64,000 nucleotides of DNA from Octopus sinensis (GCF_006345805.1 NC_043015.1:11470001-11534000), one strand, 5' to 3'; numbered from the stretch's first letter, positions 25,840 through 39,133 are shown. Notes: generated by a model from the sequence alone, not told the origin. Numbers and translations are program-made.

Positions 25840-26577
25840 ACTGTTGCTGTTGTTGTCGTTACTGCCGCTGCTGCTCTACAGTGCAAACAGCTACTACTTC
25901 TACTATAGCTGCTACCGCTGCTGCAGCTCCTACTGCTGTTATCGCTGCAGCAATACCCAAAACTGACGATAGTGGAGATGCTTCATTTGTAGTTGTCAAC
26001 ATTTTCCAGCATTAACTTGAATAGGAATCTCACATTTGTAACAATGATGTGGCGTTTCATTTCCCTTCCAAGATTTCGTTTCATCGTCTTAAAATTTCTC
26101 TTCTTATCACTTCTTCTTTACACAAATGTCATTAATAAATAGCATAATGCTTTAATCTAATTTGCCAATAAATATACTCATTGGCATGGTCGTTCCCAAG
26201 ACTGGCAAAAACGAAACAAATTAGCCGAAGTCTAATTCTAAATTGATTTGCATTACATAGATTTGAAACAAAAAACACTTTAATGAGTCAACTATCAAAC
26301 AATGTTTTCAATCATTACAAAGCGATAGATATTCGAATCACACATTCCAGAAACAACAGCAACAACCCCAACAACGACAACAATAGAACTTGTTTCTAAT
26401 TTTGGTAAAAGAAGGTGAATGACAAATACATATTTGAAGAACGTCTCCATAAAAACTGATTATACTATTGAAGTAAGGGGATACATATAATCGCAGAAAG
26501 CACAAAAACAAAGGCGAAAGAAAAATGTAGAAGTCATTAACTTTCCAAAAATAAAAAATAAATGCGCACTTTTAAAG

Positions 26578-26803
26578 CATAGCGAGGATCATGGGCCCGG
26601 TTTCCCGGTTTCAATGGCGTATGTGTTGCCCTGCTGGACGGGACACCAGTCCATCGCAGCGTTACTCATTTTTACCAGCTGAGTGGACTGGAGCAACGTG
26701 AAATGAAGTGTTTTACTCAAGAACACAACGCGTTGCCCGGTCCAGGAATCGAAACCACAATCTTACGATCATGATGCTGACACCCTAACCCACGCACCTC
26801 CAC
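26578..26803 (-). mobile_element. tRNA-headed SINE, family D
   Basis: Reverse complement ggaggtgcgtgggttagggtgtcagcatc...gtggtttcgattcctggaccgggcaacgcgttgtgttcttgagtaaaacacttcatttcacgttgctccagtccactcagctg. Relatives at 33385 and 50975. Confidence 0.8.
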
Positions 26804-26827
26804 AAACTTTGCAATCCTCCTTGATAT

Positions 26828-27030
26828 TGGTTTCTAATTTTGGCATTAATGCAGCAAGTTCGGAGGAGGCAGTGAGTTGATTACATCGACTCGAATACTC
26901 AGCTGTTACTTATTTTATCGATTTCGAAAGGATGAAAGGCAAAGTCGATCTCGGCGGAATTTGAACTCACAACGTAAACACGGGCGAAATGCCGCTTGGC
27001 ATTTTCACCACCTTGCTAACCATTTTGCTA
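26828..27030 (-). mobile_element. Family A SINE
   Basis: tacttattttatcgatttcgaaaggatgaaaggcaaagtcgatctcggcggaatttgaactcacaacgtaa. Confidence 0.8.
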
Positions 27031-27289
27031 GCTCACTACCTTCGAATCGTGTATATTAGAGTAGATACCTAGGAAACTTGTAAAATTCATAAATCTCAAG
27101 ACTTGGCTGGAGAGAGATTTAGATTGCTGAACCACAGGTGAAAGTTGCTTCTGTTGCACAAAGACAAAACTGCTACCCAAGAGTTCGAAATATACTGGAA
27201 TTGAGACCCGTTTTATGAATCAATAATAAAAAGAAAAAGGAGGAACAACAGAACAAAACAAATGGATAGAAAAGGAACAACCAGACCAA

Positions 27290-27945
27290 ATCATACAACA
27301 AACTGAGAATGTTTAGAAGTAAAGATCGCTGATCCTGATTGACAGACGGAAATTGGGAACGAGAGAGAGAAACAATAATTATAGTAGCTCAGAAAGAAGC
27401 TCTTACAACAAGCCTGAAGGCAAATATAGAGAGAACTCAGACAGCAAATGTAGACAGCAAACGTAGAACGAGTGCAGAGTAAACGCAAGCGTGACTGTGT
27501 AGGCAGAGGCGTGCATTGGGATATCAGCCGGGTGCATGGATTTAAAACAATAGAAAATTGGTACGGACACGAAAAAATGAATTACCAGATCATGTGGAAT
27601 TTCCCCATAGAGACTGACCATACTGCCGAATTAGAGCAGATATGATGATATAGGGCAAAAGAAACAATATATGATAGCAGATTCGATACCAAAGAAATTG
27701 AAAACATTGAAAAATATTAGAAACTAACCAGAGAGTTGAGGAGAATGTGGAAGTTGAAGACAACAATTATGCCTGTAATAGTTTGCGCAGTTAACAAACT
27801 CCATAAAAATCTGAAATAGATTAAAGCTCGCATTGAAACTGCAGAAATATACTATCCTGTATTCTGAAAGAATCCTAAGGAAGATGCTTCAGATTCGAAG
27901 CAGTTAAGCCAAAATAACTGTGACCTAAACCAACATGTACTAGCG
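27290..27945 (+). mobile_element. Heavily decayed R4/Dong-like RLE LINE 3' region ending in (TAA)n
   Basis: Residual WYGH, IMWNFPIETDH, ELRRMWKLKTTIMPVIVCA and RILRKML pieces, followed directly by (TAA)n at 27950-28070. Confidence 0.7.
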
Positions 27946-27947
27946 TG

Positions 27948-28290
<343 letters not shown>

Positions 28291-28297
28291 TATTTAA

Positions 28298-28863
28298 ATG
28301 ACCTGATTCCAGTACAAGACACTGGTTCTCATGTCGTCTGGTCTTAACCAATACGAAATGTTATCGTGTACATTGCTTTGTCTTGATATAAAATATGTGC
28401 TTCATCAAATATTCTGCTTAATACCACAGATTTGCTTTTCAGTTGTTTGACCTTAACCAATTGAGCATCTCACTTAGTGGCTGAAGATATGTGCATCTCT
28501 TATCACATGATTACGAGCAGAAGTAGTGGGGTAGCATCATAGCTATGTGTTAAGAGGAATTCTTTGGAGTTTGTATAATTCAACTTTGGAAACATGTTTA
28601 TTTTGTTCATCATTCTTAAAACAAACCTTATTTAGGGAACTTTATTTGAGTAGGACGGGCTACTAGACCTGAAGAAAATCTAACTGGATCCCACATGCAA
28701 GTTTATGCGCTGTTTATCATGGTATGATATCATTATGACGCGCACATGTGGTTGTGTTGCATATGCGTCGTATACCCTTATCAGACATGTAGCCATGATG
28801 AGTATCCTGGGCTTCGTATATTTGTAACCCAGAGTCAATTTGATGAGATGCACTGCTCTCTCA
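28298..28863. mobile_element. ~560-bp non-coding dispersed repeat embedded in (TAA)n, copy 1 (diverged)
   Basis: Colinear with 47605-48161 along its whole length (for example aataccacagatttgctt.tcagttgtttgaccttaacca.ttgagcat); TAA repeats on both sides. Confidence 0.85.
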
Positions 28864-28865
28864 AT

Positions 28866-29185
28866 AATAACAGTAGTAGTAGCAGTTGTTGTTGTTTTTG
28901 TTGTAGCAGTAGTAGTAGTAGTTATTGCTGTTGTAGCAGTAGTGGTAGTAGTGGTCGTAGTAGTAGTAGTAATAGTAGTAGTAGTAGTAGTTGTTGTTGT
29001 TGTTGTTGTAGCAGCAGCAGTAGTAGTAATAGTAGTAGTAGTAGTAGTAGTAGTAGTATCAGCAGTAGTAGTAGTAGTAGTTGTAGAAGTAGTAGTAGTG
29101 GTTGTAGAAGTATTAGTAGTAGTAGCAGCAGCAGTAGTAGTAGAAATTATAGTAGAAGTAGAAATTATAGTAGTAGTAGAAATTA

Positions 29186-29264
<79 letters not shown>

Positions 29265-29265
29265 T
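28866..29265. repeat. (AGT)n microsatellite with AGC/TGT variants
   Basis: Seen directly; source of the poly-T/S/V/Y ORFs. Confidence 0.95.
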
Positions 29266-29272
29266 GTGCTGA

Positions 29273-30118
29273 AGTAGACCAAGCAACAACCCACCAGTTG
29301 CTAAGAAGATACTGAAGATTTCATATTGGTGGCACAAGATGAAAACTTGTTTACCAGAAACTACCAATCTAATTTTTTTCAAAACGGTACTGTCCCTAAA
29401 TGCAGATTCTGTGACACAATTGACGATGCAATAGGCCATTTAGTTTCGAGATGTCTAGTACTGATACCAAACGAGTGCTTATATCCTCACGATAGGGTAG
29501 GACAATATTTACATTGCAAAATATGTAAACACTACAAAATCAGCACGTCTACTTAATGGTATGAACATTAACCTGAGCCAGTCGTTGAAGGTAAAAATGT
29601 CACTATCCTCTGGGATTTCCAGTCAACAATGGACGAGGCATAATTATTAAAGACAGAAAAGAAAATACTTGTAGACTAGTAGATGTAAGTGTTCCCACTG
29701 ATAAAAATATATCTAAAAGGAATTTTGACAAATTAAGTAAATAAAAGGACCTCGAAATTGAAATACAAAAGATGTGGCATCTTAAAGCAAGAACTGTTCC
29801 TGTTATTGTAAATGACCTACGTATGATAAAAAAAAGACGTCAGAAATAACTAGACAACATCCCAGGAGAACCATGTCTCAGAGAAATCCAAAAGATTGTA
29901 CTGAGAAATACTGCCCACATCCTTAGAAAAACCCTATCATTTTAAATGTCTGTGTTGCATTACATGGAGATATTTCCGCTACTACCCCTACAACTTCCTC
30001 CCCCCGTCCCAAGCTTTCAATCATACTGTAACATCTGTTATCCTTCACTAGCACCCTAGAGCAAGTGCTAGGTGTTCCTCGGCAAGTGATTTGCAAAAAA
30101 AACATGCAGATTAAAAAG
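29273..30118 (+). mobile_element. 5'-truncated R4/Dong-like RLE LINE (CCHC knuckle, RLE domain, 3' UTR)
   Basis: KCRFCDTIDDAIGHLVSRC...HDRVGQYLHCKIC (CCHC region), then ILWDF, DVSVPTDKNI, DLEIEIQKMWHLK and EIQKIVLRNTAHILRKTLS in shifting frames. Confidence 0.88.
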
Positions 30119-30135
30119 TAAACAACAGCAAAAAC

Positions 30136-30208
<73 letters not shown>

Positions 30209-30259
30209 ATGGCAGCACCAGCAGCAGCGGCAGCAGCAGCAGCGGCAGCAGCAGCAGCG

Positions 30260-30315
<56 letters not shown>

Positions 30316-30320
30316 TGCAG
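30136..30320. repeat. (AGT)n/(AGC)n microsatellite
   Basis: Seen directly. Confidence 0.95.
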
Positions 30321-30344
30321 TAGAATGTTGATATCTAAAACTAT

Positions 30345-30612
30345 TAATTTCAAGGGAGGGCGTAAGTCGATGACATCGACACCAGTGTCTAACTGGTACT
30401 TATTTTATCGTCCCCGAAGGATGACAGTTAAAGTCGACCTTGACTGAATTGGACTCCATAATATAACTATAAGCATGTTATCCGGTGTGTTAACAATTCT
30501 GTCGCCTCGCTGCTTTAATAATCTTTCCTACTCTGAGAGCAGAACCGAAAATTTTGGGTGAGGGGCTTGTCGATTACATCGAACTCTGTGCCAAATGGCT
30601 CGCCGCCTTGGT
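30345..30612 (-). mobile_element. Two degraded family A SINE remnants
   Basis: aactggtacttattttatcgtccccgaagg...aaagtcgacc and gtcgattacatcgaactc...gctcgccgcc. Confidence 0.65.
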
Positions 30613-31568
30613 AATAATAACAATTTCTCCTTAGACAAAAGTGCATTAATTGTGTAGGGGGAAGTTACATTTATTTCACCGAATTCTACTCATCGCCCCC
30701 ACATAGAAAGAAAGACGATGGAGTCTCATCAACATCAGCACTCAGAAATTAATGAACGGCCATGAAATACTACATTTCTTTCTAACATCTGATTATAACT
30801 GTATTAAAATAAGCCATTGTTATTGCTTCTAGAAGAGGTGTGAGAGGAAAATTATGATAATGATTATGATGATACAGTTAATTATGAGTACGATGGTGGT
30901 AATCTTGAACAGAAGAAATAAACTATGTAGCTGAAGAAAAGATTGGGGAAATTAGATTTAATTGGCCAAACAATATCATTAGTAATTATTCACCGACATT
31001 TATGGAAAAGAGGATGATTACGGCACGAGGTTATCAACTGTAAACATATTAGTCTAGCACAATACCCTCTGCCCACACATACACAGCGAGGCGCATTTGT
31101 ACACTTGTTCACGCAAACACACAGCCCCATCTTCTCCTTCCCTTCTCTGTATCTCACTATATATATATTATATATACATATATATATATATATCAACATA
31201 AATGCATATATAATTCTTATTTGTATATATTGCCTTTGCCAATCACAATGCACATGTAGGCGCATGTTTTGAAGTTAGTTAGCTTCAAACATGTATCAAA
31301 GGTAAGTCAAACAATTAGCTCAAGGGCATAAGTTGCAATGAAGGAATCTAAACTATATATATACGTGCATGCCTGTGTGCATATATATATAAGCATGAAA
31401 TAGTTATATGTAATTATATTGATTTGTACATGTTTACAAACGTTTCTATGTATATAAATATATGCAAGGAACATTTACATATATCGTTAGAATGGGAATA
31501 TCCTTTTCTACACACCAACACAAATATATGCACAGCATATACGGTAGAGAGTGTTTGTGTGTGTGTGT

Positions 31569-31608
<40 letters not shown>

Positions 31609-33384
31609 GTGGCGTTTATATCTCTGTTTGTGCTTCTGTGTGTCTGTGTGTGATTGTATGGTATGTGAATATCTGTACGTGTGGGTGTATGAGTATTTTT
31701 ATATGTATAATTGCGCTTATATATCTTAGTGTATCTGCGCATGTGTCTATTCATAACCATAATAATAATACTATGCCTATATACATATACACATTCGAAT
31801 AGACGATTACACTCAAGCACAGAAGCACATTCTCACATATTATTATTCTATATATATATATATATATATGTATCTGTGTGCGTTTATCTTTATACGTTTA
31901 TGTGTGAGCGTGCCTATGTGTATATGAATGCATATGTGTTTACATGTATGCAGGTACATATCTAATCATCCTTCCACTAGTTGTCAAGCAAGTTGTAATT
32001 GATTTATTCCATAGTGATAGGCAACAAATATGTGACTCCATAAACTTTCACCTTTATTTCTTACATGCAATATTGAGATTCTGGCGTGTTTTCAGCATTT
32101 TCTGATAACAATGAACCATTTGTACTAAGAGTATTATTATCTGAAAGAATAGAATGCTTTATAGTCTTAGCTCAGGGTCAAAAGACCTTGGTTGTCCAAG
32201 AAAGAAACTCTCTTCCAAAATCTTCTCTTCAAGAGGAAAATAGATAACATAGAAATTCCGAGATATCTCACAAAAGAATGTTTCCTTCTTTTGTCATTGT
32301 TTGTATAGTAAACTATCTATCATTTTTTTTTTAAATCCTGAGTTGGTGTAACGTTTATTGGCGGATTTCTGTTTTCTCATCTGTTTCTTTGCAATAATAT
32401 CACTATCATAGTTAGGTTTAAAATTACTGTTTCAACTACAAAAGTTTGATCTGCAGTCTTAGTTAATATACAACGTGTTGATCGACTTTTTGCTTTTCGT
32501 TCAAACTTTTTGTTTGCACGATACAATACATGCAATGAATGAATAACCGGCTTTGTAAGCTTTGTAAAAGCAGCGAGCAGCATTCACTTAAGTCTGCTTC
32601 ACAATGTTGGCTTCATATCTATACAGAATAAATGCAGGAAGACAGGTATATTCCAATTATTCTTCATTTGACAAATTTCTTTATTTCATTCCAACCTATC
32701 TTTTTTACACGCCAACAGCCCAATGAGTTTGTAAGAGCCCAATATGTACAGAAATATAAAAGATAAAATCCATCATCGGTAACTAATTTTAAAGAGCCTA
32801 ACTGAAATTGCATGGTAGTTCTGAAGAAGTATTTATGAAACTTCTCCATGGTGGTAAGATGCATCGTTATTATGCCTTCAAAAATATACCTTGATCGTCG
32901 AAAGTTTTATACAGAATTGATCGTATCTGAAACGAAGCAAGTCGTGCATCAAATGTCTGTATACCGGAACGAGGTAATAGTCGTTCAAAAATGAAATCCA
33001 TTCATTGTGTAAATTGAAAGTAAGCAATATCACTAAGTACTAGTGCTTCTCTCCAATTTATCAAAACAGGGATCATTACAGCGAGGTGAAAATCAACCAT
33101 TCGCATCTTGTGGGGCGCACCAACAAAATGTGGATAACAATCGGCTATACATGATTATGTTGATAAGCTCTCCGCTTCGTTTAGAGCATAGGCTATCGAC
33201 AAATTTTCCCCACTGCCCTCGATTCTAAGCTGTTTTTATTCTTATTTTTCTGCAGGGCAGAAGGTCTTCGGATCTTGTTCGATTTGTATTCTCAGCAACG
33301 CTTCAGAAACTTTACCTTTTATTCAAGGTAGGGGTGTTAGTATACGTAAAGCCATTTCTACTACTGGAAATACAAGGGTTGCAG

Positions 33385-33658
33385 TTGATCCGATCAACAG
33401 AACAGCCTGCTCATGAAATTAACGTGCAAGTAGCTGAGTAGTCCTTAATGTAGTTTTCATGGAGATTCAGAGTGACACAGAATGTGACAAGCCTGACCAT
33501 TTAAAATACAGGTACAAGTCATTTTTTCCAGCTGGATGGACTGGAGCAATGTGAAATGAAGTACCTTGCTCAAGAACAAAACGCATCACCGGGAATTGAA
33601 CTCGCGACCTTACGACTGTGAGCCGAATGCCCTAATCAATGAGCCACGCACCTTCACT
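33385..33658 (-). mobile_element. Family D-related SINE
   Basis: ggactggagcaatgtgaaatgaagtaccttgctcaagaac...gaattgaactcgcgaccttacga...gagccacgcaccttcac. Confidence 0.75.
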
Positions 33659-33881
33659 GTACTACTGGAAATAGGTCGCCAATATTTTACTGGCTTCTAT
33701 CCTTCGCCCTGTCCAGTTTAGGAGGCTCTAGTTGGAGCTCATGATCTGCTGCCATAGCTCTCATGGTCACTGAGGCACACAAGTTCTGTATCTTGTAGTA
33801 GCTATACATATTCAGATCTAAAGATGAGGGAGTAATTTCACACATATTTAAAAGTATACTCGATATTATTACACATATAGA

Positions 33882-34020
33882 AGGCAGCGCGATGGTAGAA
33901 TCGTTATCACGCCGGAGAAAATGTTTAGCAGTATTTCGTCTGTCTTTACGATCTGATTTCAAATTGCGCCGTGGTCAACTTTGCCTCTCAACCTCTCAGA
34001 GTCGGTGAAATTATTACCAT
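33882..34020 (+). mobile_element. Family A SINE, 5' part
   Basis: ggcagcgcgatggtagaatcgttatcacgccggagaaaatgtttagcagtatttcgtctg...ttcaaattgcgccgtggtcaactttgcc. Confidence 0.75.
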
Positions 34021-34507
34021 TTACGCACCGGAGTCTATATAATCGACTAGCCCTTTCCTCAACGTTTCAGGACTTCTGCTTTTAGTAGAAAGGACATTAT
34101 TCCATATATGTGCGTAGTACAGTCTGCCAATGTTGCTATCCAAATGATCCCTGAACAAACACATTGCATTGTATTTGGAAAAACAAAATTTAGTTTATTT
34201 TCAATGATTTTGTAACCTTGTAGATAATATGCACATAGAATGGAATCAATAACTAGAGAAACAAAATAATTTCGCTCGATATCGTGGCCTCTAGAGTGTA
34301 CTAGCAGAATAATTCCAATAGAGAGTATTGAGAACAAAACTCGGTCATTGGAAAAATACTTGTGTAGAAAGATATTCACGAATCTGACACCAGATTAATT
34401 TTCTACGTTCACTACAAGTTTCAGATAACAGGCTATTGGTTACATTGGAACTAGTTAGATTACTTTAAATGTGGAATAGTTCACGTTGGCGAATGAACAA
34501 CGCGACC

Positions 34508-34632
34508 GTTCACAAACCATCTGCTTGTTCACAACTATCTACTGGTTCACAACTATCTGCTGGTTCCCAACTATCTGCTTGTTCACAACTATCTGCTGGT
34601 TCAAAACTATCCGCTGGTTTACAAACTATCAA
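34508..34632. repeat. 18-bp minisatellite (caactatctgctggttca), about 6-7 units
   Basis: Tandem units seen directly, with single-base variants. Confidence 0.9.
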
Positions 34633-37038
34633 CTAGAATACTAGGTTCTTAACACTTCACCACATTTTTATTTTAAGTTCCAGTCCCACAATACTTTTTA
34701 TACGGATCTAAAATGACCCACCGTGGCTTTAGGCGAAATTGCATACAACTTCTTTCTATGTCTTGAAGGACCACTGTTTGAGAGTACGCTTTGATGATGA
34801 AAATAGATTGAATTCCTCCAACTGTATGATCAAGGGTTTCTCGGTTTAGCATTCTCTGTGGTTTATGAATTTCTTTCCCTCTCATTCTCTCTCTGTCTCT
34901 CTCACTCACTCTCTCTCAGACACTCTTCCTCTCCTCCTCTCTCCCTCATTCTTTGTTGATTAAAATGCTTTATCAAGATATCTCTCTTTCACTCTCACTC
35001 TCTCCTTCTCTCTCTCAGTTGATTAACATGCCTTGTCCAGATTTGATTAGCCATTTCAATTTCATTAACTTTTCCTTATAGTTTTTAAGTATTCCAGGCA
35101 ACCTCTGTAAGCCTCCCTATTTTATTTGACGTCCCAATACTATTTGTTCATGCTGTAACTATTTCTTGTATTTTTAGTACTGGGCATTAAAATATATTTT
35201 TATTTCTTTTCTTTTCTATATTTATGTGGCAGAAATAAATAGTAGTCAAACGTAAAATAAAACGTTAACATTCGCTTTTGCAGTTAACAGATTTCAAAAC
35301 ACGGTGAATGAAAGATCTTTGTGTTACATTCATCGACTAGAAACGCCTTCTGTCCATTCTTGTATCGAAGAAAGACATTCCAGTTTACACTTCAATTCAC
35401 TTTCAAAGCAGGGCAACAATACAACTGGATTATAAATTACAAGTTATATGCAAGTCATCGAGTGAATCGAGCCAGAAATTGTGGCTTGAGAAATCGTAGA
35501 AATTCTCTTACAACCATTTCTGAGTCCTTCCGTAAGTGTTGCAAAAGGCCGAGTCCTACTGCCACACGTATGGCATCCAAGCCGCAACTTTCTTCAACAA
35601 GAGTTTGACCAATCTCTAGCAGCTTCGCATAATTGTCTAAATTGAGTCTAAGACCCTGTTCATTAGTTCCTGGGTGAAGCCTGACACACACTCGTTAGTC
35701 AAAAGCTACACCCCTTCTGGCTGGCCACGAATTCACAGTCTCCCTGGCAGCTATTAATGTCATGTCTTCCAAACTTTGCAGTGTACTCTGAATATTGATC
35801 AGAATTCGGTGTCAGTAATTGATAACTTGCGCGGATCATCATAGTACACTTCTCCAATATTCAGATGCTTTCCATTCCTCCATATCAACTAACATTCACT
35901 CAACTGCAATTTCAATCTCTATGCCATTGACTGTACAACTACACAGCAAGCTGTTTCTGAAAAAGGAGGCATAAAATAATCGGGAAATTTAACCCGAAAA
36001 CTCAGTAGTTTAAGTATTATCGTCGAAAGAGATGACCGAACCATGCAACTATAGGAGGAAGTCTTTCTGTTTAAAACGACTAGATCAAGAAATTTGACTT
36101 GATGTGTTATAAGTGTGATAGGTTGGAAGCGAAGATATTTGAAAAGCTGTGCAATGTCTGTTTCAAGAGACTTTCTGTTGTTAATCTAACATGGCATGAG
36201 GCAGGCATTGTATTTGTTTACCAGACCACTTCTGCCAATGGCAGAAGCATTTCTTGTGACAGTAATTTGATTTCTGCAGAATGTTAACGCTTCTGTTCAG
36301 TCCTATTATTGTTTTGTTGAACAAAAACAAAGAAAGCAGTTGTCAACTTCCCAACTCAGTACTATAAAGCGTTGTAGACGAAATATATGTATATACATGT
36401 AAATTTGAGCAAAGTTGTTAAAGAATTCTGTGAGTTAGAGTGATGTGAAAGAATAATTTAATGAAAATTTTACAATATATTCGTATGAGGTGCGTTTGAA
36501 ATATGTGGAAACTTAGAAACGAAGTATGTAAGAAAAATTAGAATAACAGATTTGTTCCTACGCTTCCAGTATTTTTTAGTATTTTTCTGGTGTCAGTTAT
36601 CGGATCGCAACCATGTTACGGCATCGCCTTCAGGAAATTTTAGCTGATCATATGGAATACAGTAGCTTAATCCGTAGATAACCGTTTTTGTGTAAACATC
36701 CTTTTTATTTCGGTGAACAGAGACATGGACGTGCTGATAGATTCACACTCATGTCTCTTTCTCTCTATCTTTCTCCCCTCCCTGTATATATATGTGTCGG
36801 TTTGTGTGTGTGCGTGCGCGCGCGTGCATATCTGTGTGTACATGTGTGTGTGTGTGTGTGTGCATATATATATTTTTTATTAAAACCTCAAGATTATCTC
36901 AAAACAGAGTTTCACGTTCCCGTTCGTCGAACAGTTAATTTTGCAGCTTCAATGAAAATTATATCATAATGTCTTTGGTATTCGAGTACTATATGTTCCA
37001 TTTTGCTTTGCACCTATGTGTTCACCTGCATATATATA

Positions 37039-37078
<40 letters not shown>

Positions 37079-37142
37079 CGTTTTGTTTACAATCTTATAA
37101 TAGTATAAGATAATATAATACAATGAAATGATAGATTCTGAT

Positions 37143-37186
37143 TAAAATAACACTTTCATGCATTAACTATGCAATCTTCAGGTTCA
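37143..37186 (-). ncRNA. Degenerate mirror copy of the hammerhead-like motif
   Basis: Reverse complement TGAAC-CTGAAGA-T-TGCAT-agtta-ATGCA-T-GAAA-G-TG-T-T-A-TTTTA: core intact, stem I 3' strand decayed. Confidence 0.35.
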
Positions 37187-37267
37187 TGTAGTAGTGGTTA
37201 CAGTAATGTTTTACAATTTACAACTGAGAGTTGTAAATTGTAAAACATAACTGTAACCACTACTACA

Positions 37268-37312
37268 TGAACCTGAAGATTGCATAGTTTAATGCATGAA
37301 AGTGCTAGTTCA
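37268..37312 (+). ncRNA. Minimal type I hammerhead-like ribozyme motif
   Basis: TGAAC-CTGAAGA-T-TGCAT-agttta-ATGCA-T-GAAA-G-TG-C-T-A-GTTCA: 5-bp stem I, CUGANGA and GAAA cores, CUA triplet, self-complementary stem III AGUGCU. The stem II closing pair is a non-canonical U.U. Confidence 0.6.
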
Positions 37313-37388
37313 ATCAGAATGGACATTTAATATTCTAGCATTTCCTTGTATTATATTATCTAATATTATATTATTATAAGAACAATTA

Positions 37389-37580
37389 CTGTGTGGAAGG
37401 TGTTTATAAGTCATGTAAAAACAAGCAAAAACCGTTAGATTCACTTCAACATTTACATTTAATTTCCCGAAATATTTTAGTCGCTTTGAGATCGCGACCT
37501 GATCACTGACAAAATTCCATGCTAAGTGAATCTAACGATTTTTGTGTGATTTAAATGGCCGATCAACACCTTCCGCGCTG
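37389..37580. mobile_element. Internally deleted palindromic MITE (family of 21330-21570)
   Basis: Inverted termini ctgtgtggaaggtgttt...ccgttagattcactt / aagtgaatctaacga...acaccttccgcgctg. Confidence 0.75.
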
Positions 37581-37970
37581 CATTTGTGTTGGTTTCAACA
37601 CACGATCCCAAATCAGGCCACTTGCTATGCAAGTACATCTCCGTAATTATAATAAGATGTGAAAATAAATAAATATATATATAAATGTGAAACAAAGTGG
37701 GGGGAAAATATTACTCGACGAATACCGGAAGTAAAGTAATATGCTTTATTATGAAATCTGCAAAAACATTAAAAAAGTATCACAAACACAACTACTCAGA
37801 GATCACGTTCCCGTTCATGGGGCTGTTGTTATAAATGTTTCACATTTATCTACTTACTCGGGCGTACCCCGCTCCTTTAAGAAAGTTCGAGTGACTCTCC
37901 ACAAGTAGGAAGAAGAAGCAGCTGAGAAAATGGAACTATATAAAAAACTATATATAGAATAGGAAAAACA

Positions 37971-38382
37971 GGCGTAGGAGTGGCTGTGTGGTAAGTAGCT
38001 TGCTTACAAACCACATGGCCCGGGGTTCAGTCCCACCACGTGGCACCTTGAGCAAGTGTCTTCCACAATAGCCTCGGGCCGCCCAATGCCTTGTGAGTGG
38101 ATTTAGTAGACGGAAACTGAAAGAAGCCCGTCGTATATATGTGTATATATATAAATATATATATATATGTTTTCGGGTATATGTTTGTGTGTCTGTATTT
38201 GTCCCCACAACATCGCTTGACAACCGATGCTGGTGTGTTTACGTTCCCGTAACCTAGCGGTTCGGCAAAAGAAACAGATGGAATAATTACTAGGCTTGCA
38301 TAGAATAAGTCCTGGGGTCGATTTGCTCGACGAAAGGTGGTGCTCCAGCATGGCCACAGTCAAATGACTGAAACACGTAAAA
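37971..38382 (+). mobile_element. tRNA-headed SINE, family B, full length
   Basis: Head ggcgtaggagtggctgtgtggtaagtagcttgc...ggttcagtccc, internal (TA/GT)n, tail ggtggtgctccagcatggccacagtcaaatgactgaaac. Confidence 0.92.
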
Positions 38383-38383
38383 A

Positions 38384-38391
<8 letters not shown>

Positions 38392-38419
<28 letters not shown>

Positions 38420-38493
38420 TGTATGTATGTATGGTGTGTGCGTGTGTGTATGTGTGTATGTGTGAAAGAAAGAAAGAAAGAAAGAAAGAATGA

Positions 38494-38525
<32 letters not shown>

Positions 38526-38545
38526 CAGAAAGACAGAAAGATAAA
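38392..38545. repeat. (TATG)n and (GAAA)n microsatellites
   Basis: Seen directly. Confidence 0.95.
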
Positions 38546-39133
38546 AAGAATTCTGCACGTTTTCGGTCTACCACTGAGGTAGGTACTGGTCAATCTCATG
38601 CTACAGTACAAAATACAGTCGATCAAACCTCGGAAGTATGTGGTTGCAAAACGAACGTATGCAGCTCACAGCTATATTTTATAATAGAGCAAAATAAAAG
38701 GATCTGATATTACATAGGTTATTCTATGACGATTAAGAAGAATTTTAAAAATATCTAAACGCTATAAAGACAGCTGAACTAGTTTTTCATCGCTAGAAGG
38801 AACTGTACACTCGAGAAGAAAAGAAAAGTAAAAAAAAAAAATATCTATCACACTAATTTTTTAAATGTAGCTTTCTTATATATTTTTTTATTTGTGCATT
38901 TGGTAAAAACACGTTTAAAAGAGTGTGATGTGTAATTTGAGAATTGCGATTTAGAAAGGAAACTATGGAAGCCAAACGACATCAAAGTATTTGGAAAAAG
39001 CCGAAACCCGCATGAAAAAAATATCCACACATGCAAAGTGAATTGATATTCAAAAGAATTATATCAGGAGAATTCTAATATACTTTCCTGAATGGTTAAC
39101 TTCTATCGATTCGGTAAGAATATTTACTACTGC

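Larger units (their letters stand above)
37093..37381. repeat. Near-perfect palindrome (3-nt loop GAG at 37226-37228) carrying a hammerhead-like motif in each arm
   Basis: 37151-37225 pairs with 37229-37304 with one mismatch and one 1-nt indel. The outer arms continue with more mismatches and an indel of about 14-18 nt. Confidence 0.93.

Noticed and set aside
28860-29265. Idea that (AGT)n arose from (AAT)n by A-to-I editing before retrotransposition
   Set aside because: There is no direct evidence; ordinary point mutation followed by slippage explains the motif switch more simply.
28680-29439. 204-, 189-, 145- and 108-aa poly-T/S/V/Y ORFs
   Set aside because: They are reading frames through the (AGT)n tract.
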